A stretch of DNA of 64,000 nucleotides from Candidatus Makana argininalis (GTDB taxonomy: Bacteria; Pseudomonadota; Gammaproteobacteria; Enterobacterales; Enterobacteriaceae), in contig JBISJU010000001.1 in NCBI GenBank assembly GCA_044442865.1, positions 31,402 to 95,401 of the forward strand, written 5' to 3'. Shown piece after piece: positions 1 to 10,146 of this stretch (within the stretch, counting starts at the first letter, position 1; every line of letters begins with the position of its first letter). The notes beneath the pieces were generated by a model. That model saw only the letters and a list, made by a program, of their open reading frames with translations. It did not search any database and was not told the origin of the DNA. Made by a program: the position numbers and the translations under genes.

Positions 1-332
1 TTTTTATTATATTAATATTTAATTATTATTATTAATAAAAATATAAAATTACAATAATTTTAAAAATATATAAATTAAAAAAAAATTAAAAATATTTTTT
101 GAATATATATAAATATATATAATTAATATATATAAAATGCTATATTATTAAATTATGTATTTATATAATATAAATAATTTTATTATATTAAATAAAAAAT
201 ACTAAAAAATTATTCATTTAATAAATGAAATATTTAGTAAATAAATTTAATTTATTTTATTAAAAATTAAAAAATTTATATTTTAAATTTTTTTTTATAA
301 AATTTAAATATATATATTGAGAATTAAATAAA

Positions 333-1109
333 ATGAATCCTTTAGTTATTAAAATAGGTGGTATACTTCTAGATAATAAAGAAGCTTTATATAATTTATT
401 TTATGCAATTAGTAAAAATCAACATCATAAAAATAGATCTTTAATTATAATACACGGTGGTGGTTTTTTAATAGATAATTTAATGAAAAAACTTTATATT
501 CCAATTAAAAAAATAAATGGAATAAGAATAACACCTAAAGATCAAATTTCAATAATCATAGCTGCACTTGAAACTGTAAATAAAATTTTATTATCTTGGG
601 CAAAAAAATTTAAAATTAATAAATCTTTAGGTTTATGTATCGGAGATGGTGATATATCAGATGTTAAATATATAAATAAAAAAATTGGTAATGTTGGTAA
701 TATTTTAACAAAAAAATCAAATTTATTAAAAATATTAATTAAAAATAATTATCTACCAATAATTAATTCTATTGGAATAAATAATGATGGAAATTTAATT
801 AACATTAATGCTGATCAAGTAGCCGCTTCAATAGCTGAATCTTTAAATGCAGATTTAATTTTTCTTACAGATGTTAGTTGTGTATTTGATGGAAAAGGAA
901 AAAAAATTAAAAAAATTACAAATAAAACATCAAAAAAATTAATATCTAAAGGAATTATTACTAACGGTATGATAGTTAAAATTAAATCTGCAATTAAAAC
1001 ATCTAAAATTCTTAAAAAATCTGTTGAAATATGTAGTTGGTACAGATCTGATAAATTATTAAATATTTTTAAAGGACAATCATACGGTACATGTGTTTAT
1101 TTTAAATAA
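333..1109 (+). CDS. argB: acetylglutamate kinase
   Basis: Intact 258-aa ORF. MNPLVIKIGG..IIHGGG..NINADQVA..GIITNGMIVK is collinear with E. coli ArgB. TAA stop. Confidence 0.9.
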   Translation: MNPLVIKIGGILLDNKEALYNLFYAISKNQHHKNRSLIIIHGGGFLIDNLMKKLYIPIKKINGIRITPKDQISIIIAALETVNKILLSWAKKFKINKSLGLCIGDGDISDVKYINKKIGNVGNILTKKSNLLKILIKNNYLPIINSIGINNDGNLININADQVAASIAESLNADLIFLTDVSCVFDGKGKKIKKITNKTSKKLISKGIITNGMIVKIKSAIKTSKILKKSVEICSWYRSDKLLNIFKGQSYGTCVYFK

Positions 1110-1181
1110 AAAAAATTTGTATAATTATTTTATTTCAAAAAATTATTATTTAATTTAAATTATTTAAATAGGAAAATTAAT

Positions 1182-2558
1182 ATGTCACTATGGGGAGGTC
1201 GTTTTAATGAAAGTTCAGATAAATTATTTAAGATCTTTAATAATTCATTAAAAATTGATTATAAATTAATTAAACATGATATTATATGTTCTATTGCTTG
1301 GTCTAAATCACTTTTAAATGCAAATATTATAAATAAAAAAGAATATTTAAAATTAAAAAATTCACTAAATAGTATATTAAAAGAATTTAATAAAAATTCC
1401 GAAAAAATAATTTTAAGTAATGAAGAAGATATTCATAGCTGGGTTGAAAAAAGATTAATAGAAAAAATAGGAGATATAGGTAAAAAATTACACACAGGAA
1501 GAAGTAGAAATGATCAAATAGCTACTGATCTTAAACTTTGGTGTAAAGAAAAAACATACTATGTTATAGAAATAATTAATAAACTAAGAAAAACATTAAT
1601 TAAAAAAGCTGAAAATAATATAGAATCTTTTATGCCATCATATACACATTTACAAATAGCTCAACCTACTACTTTTGCTCATTGGTGTTTAGCTTATAAT
1701 GAAATGTTATATAGAGATCAAGATCGTCTAAAAAATTCTATTAAAAGATTAAATCTAAGTCCTTTAGGTAGTGGAGCACTTACCGGAACTTCATATCCAA
1801 TTGATAGAGATAAATTAGCTAAAAAAATGGGGTTTAAAGAAGCAACAAAAAATAGTATTGATAGTGTTTCTGATAGAGATTATATTTTAGAATTACTTTT
1901 CAATTCAGCTGTAGGAATGATTCATTTATCAAGATTTGCTGAAGATCTAATATTTTTTAATACCAGTGAAGCTAATTTTATTGAATTATCTGATTTAGTA
2001 ACATCAGGATCATCTCTTATGCCACAAAAAAAAAATCCTGATGCATTAGAACTTATAAGAGGAAAATGTGGTAAAGTTTCTGGTTATTTAATAGGTATGA
2101 TGATGACATTAAAAGGTTTACCTATGTCTTATAATAAAGATATTCAAGAAGATAAAGAATTTATTTTTAATTCTTTAGATACATGGATTGAATGTTTAAA
2201 TATGTCTAATTTAATATTAAATGGGTTAAAAATAAAAATTAAAAATTGCAAAGAAGCTGCTAAAAAAGGATATTCAAATGCTACAGATTTAGCAGATTAT
2301 TTAGTTTCAAAAGGTATATCATTTAGAAAATCACATAATATTGTTGGTAAAATAGTATTAGAAGCAATAAATAAGAAAATGACATTAGAATGTTTATCTA
2401 TAAATACATTTAAAAAATTCAGTTCTAAAATAGAAAATGATGTTTATTCAATATTAACAATTGAATCTTGTTTATCTAAAAGAAATGTTAAAGGAGGTTC
2501 TTCTATAAATCAAATTAATAAATCTATAAAAGAAGCTAAAAAAATAATAGAACAATAG
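1182..2558 (+). CDS. argH: argininosuccinate lyase
   Basis: 458-aa ORF. MSLWGGRF start, HTGRSRNDQ and GSSLMPQKKNPD fumarate-lyase signature. Length matches E. coli ArgH (457 aa). Confidence 0.93.
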   Translation: MSLWGGRFNESSDKLFKIFNNSLKIDYKLIKHDIICSIAWSKSLLNANIINKKEYLKLKNSLNSILKEFNKNSEKIILSNEEDIHSWVEKRLIEKIGDIGKKLHTGRSRNDQIATDLKLWCKEKTYYVIEIINKLRKTLIKKAENNIESFMPSYTHLQIAQPTTFAHWCLAYNEMLYRDQDRLKNSIKRLNLSPLGSGALTGTSYPIDRDKLAKKMGFKEATKNSIDSVSDRDYILELLFNSAVGMIHLSRFAEDLIFFNTSEANFIELSDLVTSGSSLMPQKKNPDALELIRGKCGKVSGYLIGMMMTLKGLPMSYNKDIQEDKEFIFNSLDTWIECLNMSNLILNGLKIKIKNCKEAAKKGYSNATDLADYLVSKGISFRKSHNIVGKIVLEAINKKMTLECLSINTFKKFSSKIENDVYSILTIESCLSKRNVKGGSSINQINKSIKEAKKIIEQ

Positions 2559-2745
2559 AAATATTGAATTAAATTTTTTAAAATAATAAAAAAATAATTA
2601 AAAATAATAATATTTTTTAAATTGTGTTATTTTTTATCTTAAATATTTACTTAAATAAATACTAATTTAAGACATTTATAAACTAAAATATAAAAATGAA
2701 ATAAAGTATTCAAATTATTAATTATATAAATTAATTAATATTAAT

Positions 2746-4005
2746 TTATTTTCCTTTCATCATGTTAAAAAATTCAAAATTATTATTTGTCATTGATAAT
2801 TTACTAATTAAAAATTCTATTGCTTCTATTTCCATCATTGGATGAATAATTTTTCTCAAAATCCACATTTTTTGTAATTCTTCTTTTGTTGTAAGTAACT
2901 CCTCCTTTCTAGTACCAGATCTATTATAATCAATAGCAGGAAAAACTCTTTTTTCCGCGATTTTACGTGAAAGATGTAATTCCATATTACCGGTACCTTT
3001 AAACTCTTCATAAATAATTTCATCCATTTTAGAACCAGTATCTATCAAAGCTGTTGCTATGATTGTTAAACTTCCTCCTTCTTCCATATTACGTGCAGCT
3101 CCAAAAAATCTTTTTGGTCTGTAAAGAGCATTTGAATCAATACCCCCTGTTAATACTTTTCCTGAAGTTGGCACTATATTATTATAAGCTCTAGCTAATC
3201 TAGTAATGGAATCTAATAAAATAATTACATTTTTATTATGTTCTACTAACCTTTTAGCTTTTTCTATAACCATTTCAGAAACTTGAACATGTCTTGATGA
3301 CGGTTCGTCAAAAGTTGATGCTATTACTTCACCTTTAACTAGTCTTTTCATTTCTGTAACTTCTTCAGGACGTTCATCTATTAATAAAACAATAAGAATA
3401 CTATCTGAATGATTATAAGAAATACTTTGCGCTATTTTTTGCAAAAGAATTGTTTTACCAGCTTTAGGTGGTGCTACTATTAAACCACGTTGTCCTCTTC
3501 CAATTGGAGATGCTAAATCTAATATTCTTGCAGTTAAATCTTCTTTGGATCCATTACCTCTTTCCATTTTTAATCTATTATTTGCATGAAGAGGTGTTAA
3601 ATTTTCAAATAAAATTTTTTTATTTGAATTTTCAGGTTTATCATAATTAACTTTATTAATTTTTAATAAAGCAAAATAACGTTCTCCATCTTTAGGAGGT
3701 CTTATTTTTCCATAAATAGTATCACCAGTTCTTAAACTAAAACGTCTTATTTGACTTGGAGAAACATAAATATCATCTGGTCCAGCAAGATACGAACTAT
3801 CACTGGATCTTAAAAAACCAAAACCATCTTGCAATATTTCTAATACTCCGTCACCAAATATATCTTTTCCTCTTTTAGAATATGTTTTTAAAATTGAAAA
3901 TATTATATCTTGTTTACTCATTTTAGATAAATTTCCTAAACCCATATTTTCACCTATTAAATCTCTTTCTAAAATAGGTGTGTTCTTTAATTCTGTTAGA
4001 TTCAT
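2746..4005 (-). CDS. rho: transcription termination factor Rho
   Basis: 419-aa ORF, near-identical to E. coli Rho over long stretches ([24 protein letters not shown] Walker [12 protein letters not shown]). trxA lies immediately upstream, as in E. coli. Confidence 0.97.
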   Translation of the reverse strand: MNLTELKNTPILERDLIGENMGLGNLSKMSKQDIIFSILKTYSKRGKDIFGDGVLEILQDGFGFLRSSDSSYLAGPDDIYVSPSQIRRFSLRTGDTIYGKIRPPKDGERYFALLKINKVNYDKPENSNKKILFENLTPLHANNRLKMERGNGSKEDLTARILDLASPIGRGQRGLIVAPPKAGKTILLQKIAQSISYNHSDSILIVLLIDERPEEVTEMKRLVKGEVIASTFDEPSSRHVQVSEMVIEKAKRLVEHNKNVIILLDSITRLARAYNNIVPTSGKVLTGGIDSNALYRPKRFFGAARNMEEGGSLTIIATALIDTGSKMDEIIYEEFKGTGNMELHLSRKIAEKRVFPAIDYNRSGTRKEELLTTKEELQKMWILRKIIHPMMEIEAIEFLISKLSMTNNNFEFFNMMKGK

Positions 4006-4063
4006 AATTATTAATTCTTACAATCTTTGTGTATTTTTAAAAAAATTTATATTTTATATTTAA

Positions 4064-4390
4064 TTAAATATTCTCCATAATAAATTTTATTAATTTAGAT
4101 TTAGACATTAAACCAACTTTAGTTGATTTTAATTTTCCCTTATTAAAAATTAGTATAGTAGGAATACTACGTATATCATATTTATTAGGTATAGATAAAT
4201 TTTTTTCAATACTAAATTTAGAAAAAGTAATTTTATCTTTAAGTTCCTCTGCAACTTCTTTTATTATTGGCTCCATTATTTTACATGGTCCACAAAATTC
4301 TGACCAAAAATCAACTAATATTTTTTTTTTAAAATTTATTACTTTTTTTTCAAAATTTTTATCTGTTAAATTTATTATTTTATTGCTCAT
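4064..4390 (-). CDS. trxA: thioredoxin 1
   Basis: 108-aa ORF with the W-x-x-CGPCK active site (WSEFCGPCK). Adjacent to rho. Confidence 0.93.
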   Translation of the reverse strand: MSNKIINLTDKNFEKKVINFKKKILVDFWSEFCGPCKIMEPIIKEVAEELKDKITFSKFSIEKNLSIPNKYDIRSIPTILIFNKGKLKSTKVGLMSKSKLIKFIMENI

Positions 4391-4551
4391 ATTAATCCAT
4401 TATATACTAATTTAGTATATTTAATTTAAGTTAAAATATTAATTTATTAAAAATTAATTTTTAATTGTTAATTATATTAAATAATATATTTAATATTTTA
4501 AAATTAAATATCAATATAATTTATATATTAAATATTACATTTAATATATAT

Positions 4552-5958
4552 TTATTTTTTCCAATTTGTATGAAATAATCCGTTTTTATCAGTTCTGTGA
4601 TAATTATGAGATCCAAAATAATCTCTTTGAGCTTGAATTAAATTTGATGATAAAAATTCAGATCTATAACTATCATAATAAGATATAGAAGATGATAAAG
4701 CAGGAACTGGATAACCATTATTAATTGAATAAGAAACAATATATCTTAATGAAAAATTATACTTACTAGCAATATTAGTAAAATATGATGATAATAATAT
4801 ATTATATATATTATGATTGTAATTATAAACATCCATGATTTTTTCTAATATTTTTGATCTTATTATACATCCTTTTCTAAATATCTTTGCTATTTCATAA
4901 TAATTTAAATTCCAATTATATTTATATGAACCTTTTTTTAAATTAGAAAATCCTTGAGCATAAGAAATAATTTTAGATAAATATAAAGATTTACGAATTT
5001 TTTCTATAAATTTATCATTATTATTATTATATTTTTTATTAAATGGTCCATTTAAAATTTTTGAAGCAATAATACGCTGATTTTTCATAGATGAAATGTA
5101 ACGAAAAAATAAAGACTCAGAAGCAACATTAAAAGGATCTTCTATTTCAATAGAGTTATTGATTGCCCATTTCCCTGTTTTTTTATTCATAGCTTCATCA
5201 ACAATAAGATCTAATATAAATTTTCCTGTATGATCTCTTTTTATAATAATTTTTTTAGTAATATTTATTAAATAACTTTTAAGCTCTCCTTTATCCCATT
5301 TATTAAAAATCTTGTATAATTCTTCATTATTTAAGCCAAGCGAATGTTTCATAACATGAAATGTTTCAGAAATTAATTGCATATATGAATATTCAATTCC
5401 ATTATGAATCATTTTTACATAATGTCCAGATCCTCCTTTTCCAACATATGTAACACAAGGATATCCTTTCACATTAGCAGCAATTTTTTTAAAAATTGGT
5501 TCTACAATTTTATATGAATTTTTATCTCCTCCAGCCATGATAGATAAACCATTTAAAGCTCCTTCTTCACCTCCAGAAATTCCAGCATCTATAAATTTAA
5601 AACCTTCTTTATATAATTCTTTATTTCTTCTTAAAGTATCTTTATATAAAGAATTTCCACAATCTATTATTATATCATTTTTATTTATAATTTTTTTTAA
5701 TAAATTTATAATTAGATCTATAGGTTTTCCAGGTTTTATAATTAAAAATATAATACGAGGTAATTTAATGGAATTAACAAAATCATATATATTATAATAA
5801 GGATATATTTTTTTAGATCTATGTTGATATATTAAATTATCAGTTTTTTCTTTAGATCTATTAAAAATAGAAACTTTATATCCTTTATTTTCAATATTAA
5901 GAGCTAAATTTTTACCCATTGTTGAGATACCTATAATACCTATATTATTTTTATTCAT
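4552..5958 (-). CDS. gnd: 6-phosphogluconate dehydrogenase, decarboxylating
   Basis: 468-aa ORF. N-terminal GxxxMGxN Rossmann motif (IGIIGISTMGKNLALN). GGSGHYVKMIHNGIEY and QAQRDYFGSH match Gnd. Confidence 0.95.
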   Translation of the reverse strand: MNKNNIGIIGISTMGKNLALNIENKGYKVSIFNRSKEKTDNLIYQHRSKKIYPYYNIYDFVNSIKLPRIIFLIIKPGKPIDLIINLLKKIINKNDIIIDCGNSLYKDTLRRNKELYKEGFKFIDAGISGGEEGALNGLSIMAGGDKNSYKIVEPIFKKIAANVKGYPCVTYVGKGGSGHYVKMIHNGIEYSYMQLISETFHVMKHSLGLNNEELYKIFNKWDKGELKSYLINITKKIIIKRDHTGKFILDLIVDEAMNKKTGKWAINNSIEIEDPFNVASESLFFRYISSMKNQRIIASKILNGPFNKKYNNNNDKFIEKIRKSLYLSKIISYAQGFSNLKKGSYKYNWNLNYYEIAKIFRKGCIIRSKILEKIMDVYNYNHNIYNILLSSYFTNIASKYNFSLRYIVSYSINNGYPVPALSSSISYYDSYRSEFLSSNLIQAQRDYFGSHNYHRTDKNGLFHTNWKK

Positions 5959-6142
5959 TTTAATTCCTATTAAATAAATATTTATATTATATTATTTATA
6001 TAATTTTAATTTTAAAAAAAATAGTTTAAAATATAAATAATGTATATTTTTAATATTAATATTATTAAATAAAATTATTTAATAATATTAAAAAATAATT
6101 TATATATATTTAATTTAATAAAATTTAAGGATAATTATTATT

Positions 6143-6691
6143 ATGATAATAATTAATTTTTTAGTAAAATCTATTATAGATTTTTATATAATACTAATTA
6201 TTATTAGAATTTGGATTCAATGGACAAAATGTGATTTTTACAATTCATTTTATCAATTAACTGATAAAATTACATACCCATTAATTAAAATAATTAAATA
6301 TTTAATACCTAATTATGTAAATACATGCCTTTTTATAATATCTATTTTTTTAGCAATAATTAAATTTCCAATTATTATTTTTTTTGAAACAAAATTATTA
6401 AAATTAAAAATAATTTATTTATTTATAGGAATGATAACTTTAATAAAGACAATTGGTAATTTAGTATTTTGGATTTTAGTATTACGTTTATTATTAATAA
6501 AATTTAAAAAAGATAAAAGTATTATAAATGAAGTTATTTATATGTTAAGTGAATCATTAATATTTTTAATTAAAAAAATACTTCCATATTCATATACTAT
6601 AAATTTTTTATTTTATTTGTTAATATCCTTTCTTTTTTCACTTAATTATTTAGGTATTTATTTACTTCCAGGTATTTGGTATAGAATTTAA
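6143..6691 (+). CDS. yggT: YggT-family integral membrane protein
   Basis: 182-aa hydrophobic ORF. IRIWIQWTKCDFYN and C-terminal LLPGIWY match E. coli YggT (LRIWMQWAHCDFYN...LLPGLWMAL). hemW/yggW lies downstream, as in E. coli. Confidence 0.75.
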   Translation: MIIINFLVKSIIDFYIILIIIRIWIQWTKCDFYNSFYQLTDKITYPLIKIIKYLIPNYVNTCLFIISIFLAIIKFPIIIFFETKLLKLKIIYLFIGMITLIKTIGNLVFWILVLRLLLIKFKKDKSIINEVIYMLSESLIFLIKKILPYSYTINFLFYLLISFLFSLNYLGIYLLPGIWYRI

Positions 6692-6768
6692 TTTATATAT
6701 AACATATTTTACGTATAATTTAATTAATTAAATATTAAATATTAATAAATATAACATAATATAAAAAT

Positions 6769-7908
6769 ATGAATTTAAATAAATTACCTAAAATAAGTTT
6801 ATATATACATATACCATGGTGTATTAAAAAATGTCATTATTGTGATTTTAATAGTTTTTTAATAAAAAAAAAAATACCATATAAACAGTATATTAAAAAT
6901 TTATTAGAAGATTTAGATAATGATATTAAATATATTTCAGGAAGAAATATTCATACAATATTTATTGGTGGGGGTACTCCAAGTTTATTTCCTTTAAAAT
7001 CAATTAAAATTCTTATTAAAGAAATTAAAAAAAGATTTTTAATATCCGATAAAACTGAAATAACATTAGAAACTAATCCTGAAAGTTCATCAAATAATTT
7101 GTTTTATGAATATAAAAAAATAGGTATAAATAGAATTTCAATTGGTATTCAAACTTTAGATAAAAATAAACTTTTTAATTTAGGTAGAATTAATAATCAT
7201 TATAATATAAATTTAATATGTAAACTAATTTATTCAAAATATATTAAAAATTTTAATTTTGATTTAATGTATGGATTACCAAATCAGTCTATTAGTGAAT
7301 CAATTAAAGATTTAAATAACATTATTTATTCTAAACCTGATCATATATCTTGGTATCAATTAACTATCGAACCGAATACATATTTTTATTATGTTCCACC
7401 AATTTTACCAAATGAAAATAATATTTGGAAAATGTATAAATTAGGTAATAATATTTTAAAAAAATCAGGTTATCTTCAATATGAAATTTCAAGTTATGCA
7501 AAAGAAAAAAAATTTAGATGTAAACATAATATTAATTATTGGAAATTTGGAGATTATATTGGAATAGGTTGTGGATCTCATGGTAAAATTACATTAAAAG
7601 ATGGAACAGTAATAAGAATCATGAAATCACGTAATATTATTAATTATATGAATAAAAATTATATATATAAAATATATAATGTGGATTATAATAATTTAAT
7701 TATAGAATATTTTATGAATAGGTTTAGACTATCAGAATCTATTCCCCGTTCTGAATTTTATTATTATACAGGAATAAAAGAGATAAATATAAGAAAATCA
7801 ATAAATAAGGCAATAAAAAAAAAATATATCAAGGAAAATGATCTTTATTGGACTATAACAGATTTTGGTAAATTATTTCTTAATTTTCTTATTGAATTAT
7901 TTATTTAA
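6769..7908 (+). CDS. hemW: radical-SAM heme chaperone HemW (YggW, HemN-like)
   Basis: 379-aa ORF with the CxxxCxxC radical-SAM cluster motif (PWCIKKCHYCDF), then GGGTPS. Length equals E. coli YggW. Confidence 0.85.
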   Translation: MNLNKLPKISLYIHIPWCIKKCHYCDFNSFLIKKKIPYKQYIKNLLEDLDNDIKYISGRNIHTIFIGGGTPSLFPLKSIKILIKEIKKRFLISDKTEITLETNPESSSNNLFYEYKKIGINRISIGIQTLDKNKLFNLGRINNHYNINLICKLIYSKYIKNFNFDLMYGLPNQSISESIKDLNNIIYSKPDHISWYQLTIEPNTYFYYVPPILPNENNIWKMYKLGNNILKKSGYLQYEISSYAKEKKFRCKHNINYWKFGDYIGIGCGSHGKITLKDGTVIRIMKSRNIINYMNKNYIYKIYNVDYNNLIIEYFMNRFRLSESIPRSEFYYYTGIKEINIRKSINKAIKKKYIKENDLYWTITDFGKLFLNFLIELFI

Positions 7909-8013
7909 AAAATAAATTTTTTAAATAAATAATTTGATATATTAAATATTTTAAATTTATTTATCAAATATTACATCATATTAATAATAATTAACAAATT
8001 TATTAATACAACT

Positions 8014-8259
8014 ATGAAAAAAATTTTTTGTAAATTTCTTAATATTTTATCTGAACAGCAAAATTATCAATTATATCCAGGTAATTTAGGTAAAAAAATT
8101 TTTGATAATATATCTAAAAAAGCATGGGAAACATGGCAAAAAAAACAAACAATTTTAATAAATGAAAATAAATTGAGTACTAAAAATATATATCATTTAA
8201 AATTTTTAGAAAAAAAAATGATAAAATTTTTATTTAATAAAAATAAAATTACAAAATAA
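8014..8259 (+). CDS. yggX: Fe(2+)-trafficking protein YggX
   Basis: 81-aa ORF. IFCKFLN..QLYPGNLGKKIFDNISKKAWETWQKKQTILINE is collinear with E. coli YggX. Confidence 0.8.
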   Translation: MKKIFCKFLNILSEQQNYQLYPGNLGKKIFDNISKKAWETWQKKQTILINENKLSTKNIYHLKFLEKKMIKFLFNKNKITK

Positions 8260-8304
8260 AATATAATTTTAAAAAAATAAATTTATTTTAAATATTTTTA
8301 AATT

Positions 8305-10110
8305 TTATTTTAATTTTGATTTTATATAATAATTTAAAACATTATTTGTGGAATACAAAGAAAAATTATTTTTTGAACTATTTATTGCAGTATAAATTAT
8401 TTCTCTTGTGTAAAGATTTGAAATATTATCAGGTAATACTAATGAAGTTTTATTAAAAATAAAACTAGTTGATGTTTTTGCTAGAACAGCAAATGCAGTT
8501 TCATATTTAGGTAAAAAAAATATTTTATCTTTTTTGATTATTTTATTATTTTTCAAAAAAAAAATATTAATATTTTTTTTACTATCAAACATAATTATAC
8601 CAATATCATTTTTATATATTTCTAAATAATTTGAATTTTCAGTAAAAATAATTGGTTTTCCATTATATTCTTTTTTTGAATTTTTTATTTTTACCAACTT
8701 TGTTTTAATAATTAAAAGTTCTATAAAATTATTAATAAAGTTAGAACCAAAAGTACCTTTTTTAATAGCACATAATAATCTAAAATTATAAAATGATTTA
8801 AAAATAGATTTTATTGATTTTTTTTTTTTAATTTTATTTAAATAAAATTTATAATTTTCAATACAATCAAATATCATATTATTATAGTCTTTTTTACTTT
8901 TAATAAAATTAACTGAGATATTTTTAAATTTTTTAGATTTAAGTAAATTTAAAAAGTATTTATACTTTCCATAATTAACTGCATATGATAAATTATTAAT
9001 ATTAGAATATTTTTTAAATATATAATTTTTACGTAATAAATATAATTTTTTTGAAAATAACTTAAATTTTTTTTTTGTATTTTTATTTATATTAAAGTTT
9101 GATAAATTTAAGATAGAAGAATTAAAAATTAATTTATTTAAATTATTAGCGATTTTACATATATCATAAAAAATTGATCCTTTTTCAACAGATGAGATAT
9201 GGTTACTATCACCAAATAATATTATTCTTGTCTTTGGGGATAAAATAGAAATTAAATTATACATTGTTGATAAATTTATCATTGATGCTTCATCTATAAA
9301 TATTATATCTGCATGTAAAAAATTTAAAATTCTATCTTTTAAATAAAATTTAAAATTATTTTTATTAATTAAATAATTAATATTTACAGCTATTTTAGGT
9401 ATCTGTTTTTTTTTTTCACAACTTAGATTCGTATATTTTTTATAAAATTTTATTTTTTTATTTAAATTATTTAAAGATTGAAAATTATTAGATGATATTA
9501 TTATTTTAATGGGTTTTTCATTTAATTTAATAAAACAAATTAATATTTTTAATAAAATACATGTTTTTCCAGTTCTTGATTTTCCTGATATAATAGAAGA
9601 ATGATTAGTTATTGAAATAAAAGCAGCAATTTTTTGCCAATTAATAAAATAATTTTCTGAAATAAAAAACATATTTAATATTTTTAATATATTATTGTAT
9701 TTTTTAACTTTTTTAATAATATTTTTTTTAAAAAAATTTAACACATAAATTTCTTTTCTCCACATTCTATTTATATATAATTTTTTATTATATAAAATTA
9801 TGGGAGTGTTATTAGATCCATTACTTACAGATTTATGTAATAATAAATATTTTTCAAGTTTTTTAGTAGATGAAAAACAAATTTTTTTAATAGAATTTAT
9901 TAAAATATGATTAATATTACCATAAAATATTTTATTAGAAAAAAATATTTTTAAAGGAATATAAGTATGTCCATTTCTTGTATAATAACTCAGACAAGCA
10001 CTTACAAACATTAAAGATGTGTAAGGTTTTTGTGATATAGTTTTAGCAAAATTAATATCTAAAGATTTTAATAAATTTAATTTTAAAATTTCTTTAATTA
10101 TATTTTTCAT
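8305..10110 (-). CDS. recD: exodeoxyribonuclease V alpha subunit
   Basis: 601-aa ORF directly downstream of recB. Walker A GKSRTGKT, DEASMI Walker B-like motif. Length is close to E. coli RecD (608 aa). Confidence 0.85.
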   Translation of the reverse strand: MKNIIKEILKLNLLKSLDINFAKTISQKPYTSLMFVSACLSYYTRNGHTYIPLKIFFSNKIFYGNINHILINSIKKICFSSTKKLEKYLLLHKSVSNGSNNTPIILYNKKLYINRMWRKEIYVLNFFKKNIIKKVKKYNNILKILNMFFISENYFINWQKIAAFISITNHSSIISGKSRTGKTCILLKILICFIKLNEKPIKIIISSNNFQSLNNLNKKIKFYKKYTNLSCEKKKQIPKIAVNINYLINKNNFKFYLKDRILNFLHADIIFIDEASMINLSTMYNLISILSPKTRIILFGDSNHISSVEKGSIFYDICKIANNLNKLIFNSSILNLSNFNINKNTKKKFKLFSKKLYLLRKNYIFKKYSNINNLSYAVNYGKYKYFLNLLKSKKFKNISVNFIKSKKDYNNMIFDCIENYKFYLNKIKKKKSIKSIFKSFYNFRLLCAIKKGTFGSNFINNFIELLIIKTKLVKIKNSKKEYNGKPIIFTENSNYLEIYKNDIGIIMFDSKKNINIFFLKNNKIIKKDKIFFLPKYETAFAVLAKTSTSFIFNKTSLVLPDNISNLYTREIIYTAINSSKNNFSLYSTNNVLNYYIKSKLK

Positions 10111-10146
10111 AATTTTATTATTAAAATAATTTAATTTATAAAATTT

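Noticed and set aside
190-240. Possible ArgR operator (ARG box) upstream of argB: ATTCATTTAATAAATGAA
   Set aside because: The half-sites are in the wrong relative order for the TGAAT-N4-ATTCA consensus. The flanking sequence does not complete two boxes. Such short A/T palindromes are common here.
6056-6091. 18-bp inverted repeats, and many 8-16-bp palindromes in other spacers (for example 8270-8290, 18250-18275, 37330-37345, 58935-58965)
   Set aside because: In two-letter A/T sequence, arms of this length are expected by chance across about 10 kb of spacer. Only the repeats of 28 bp or more were treated as significant.
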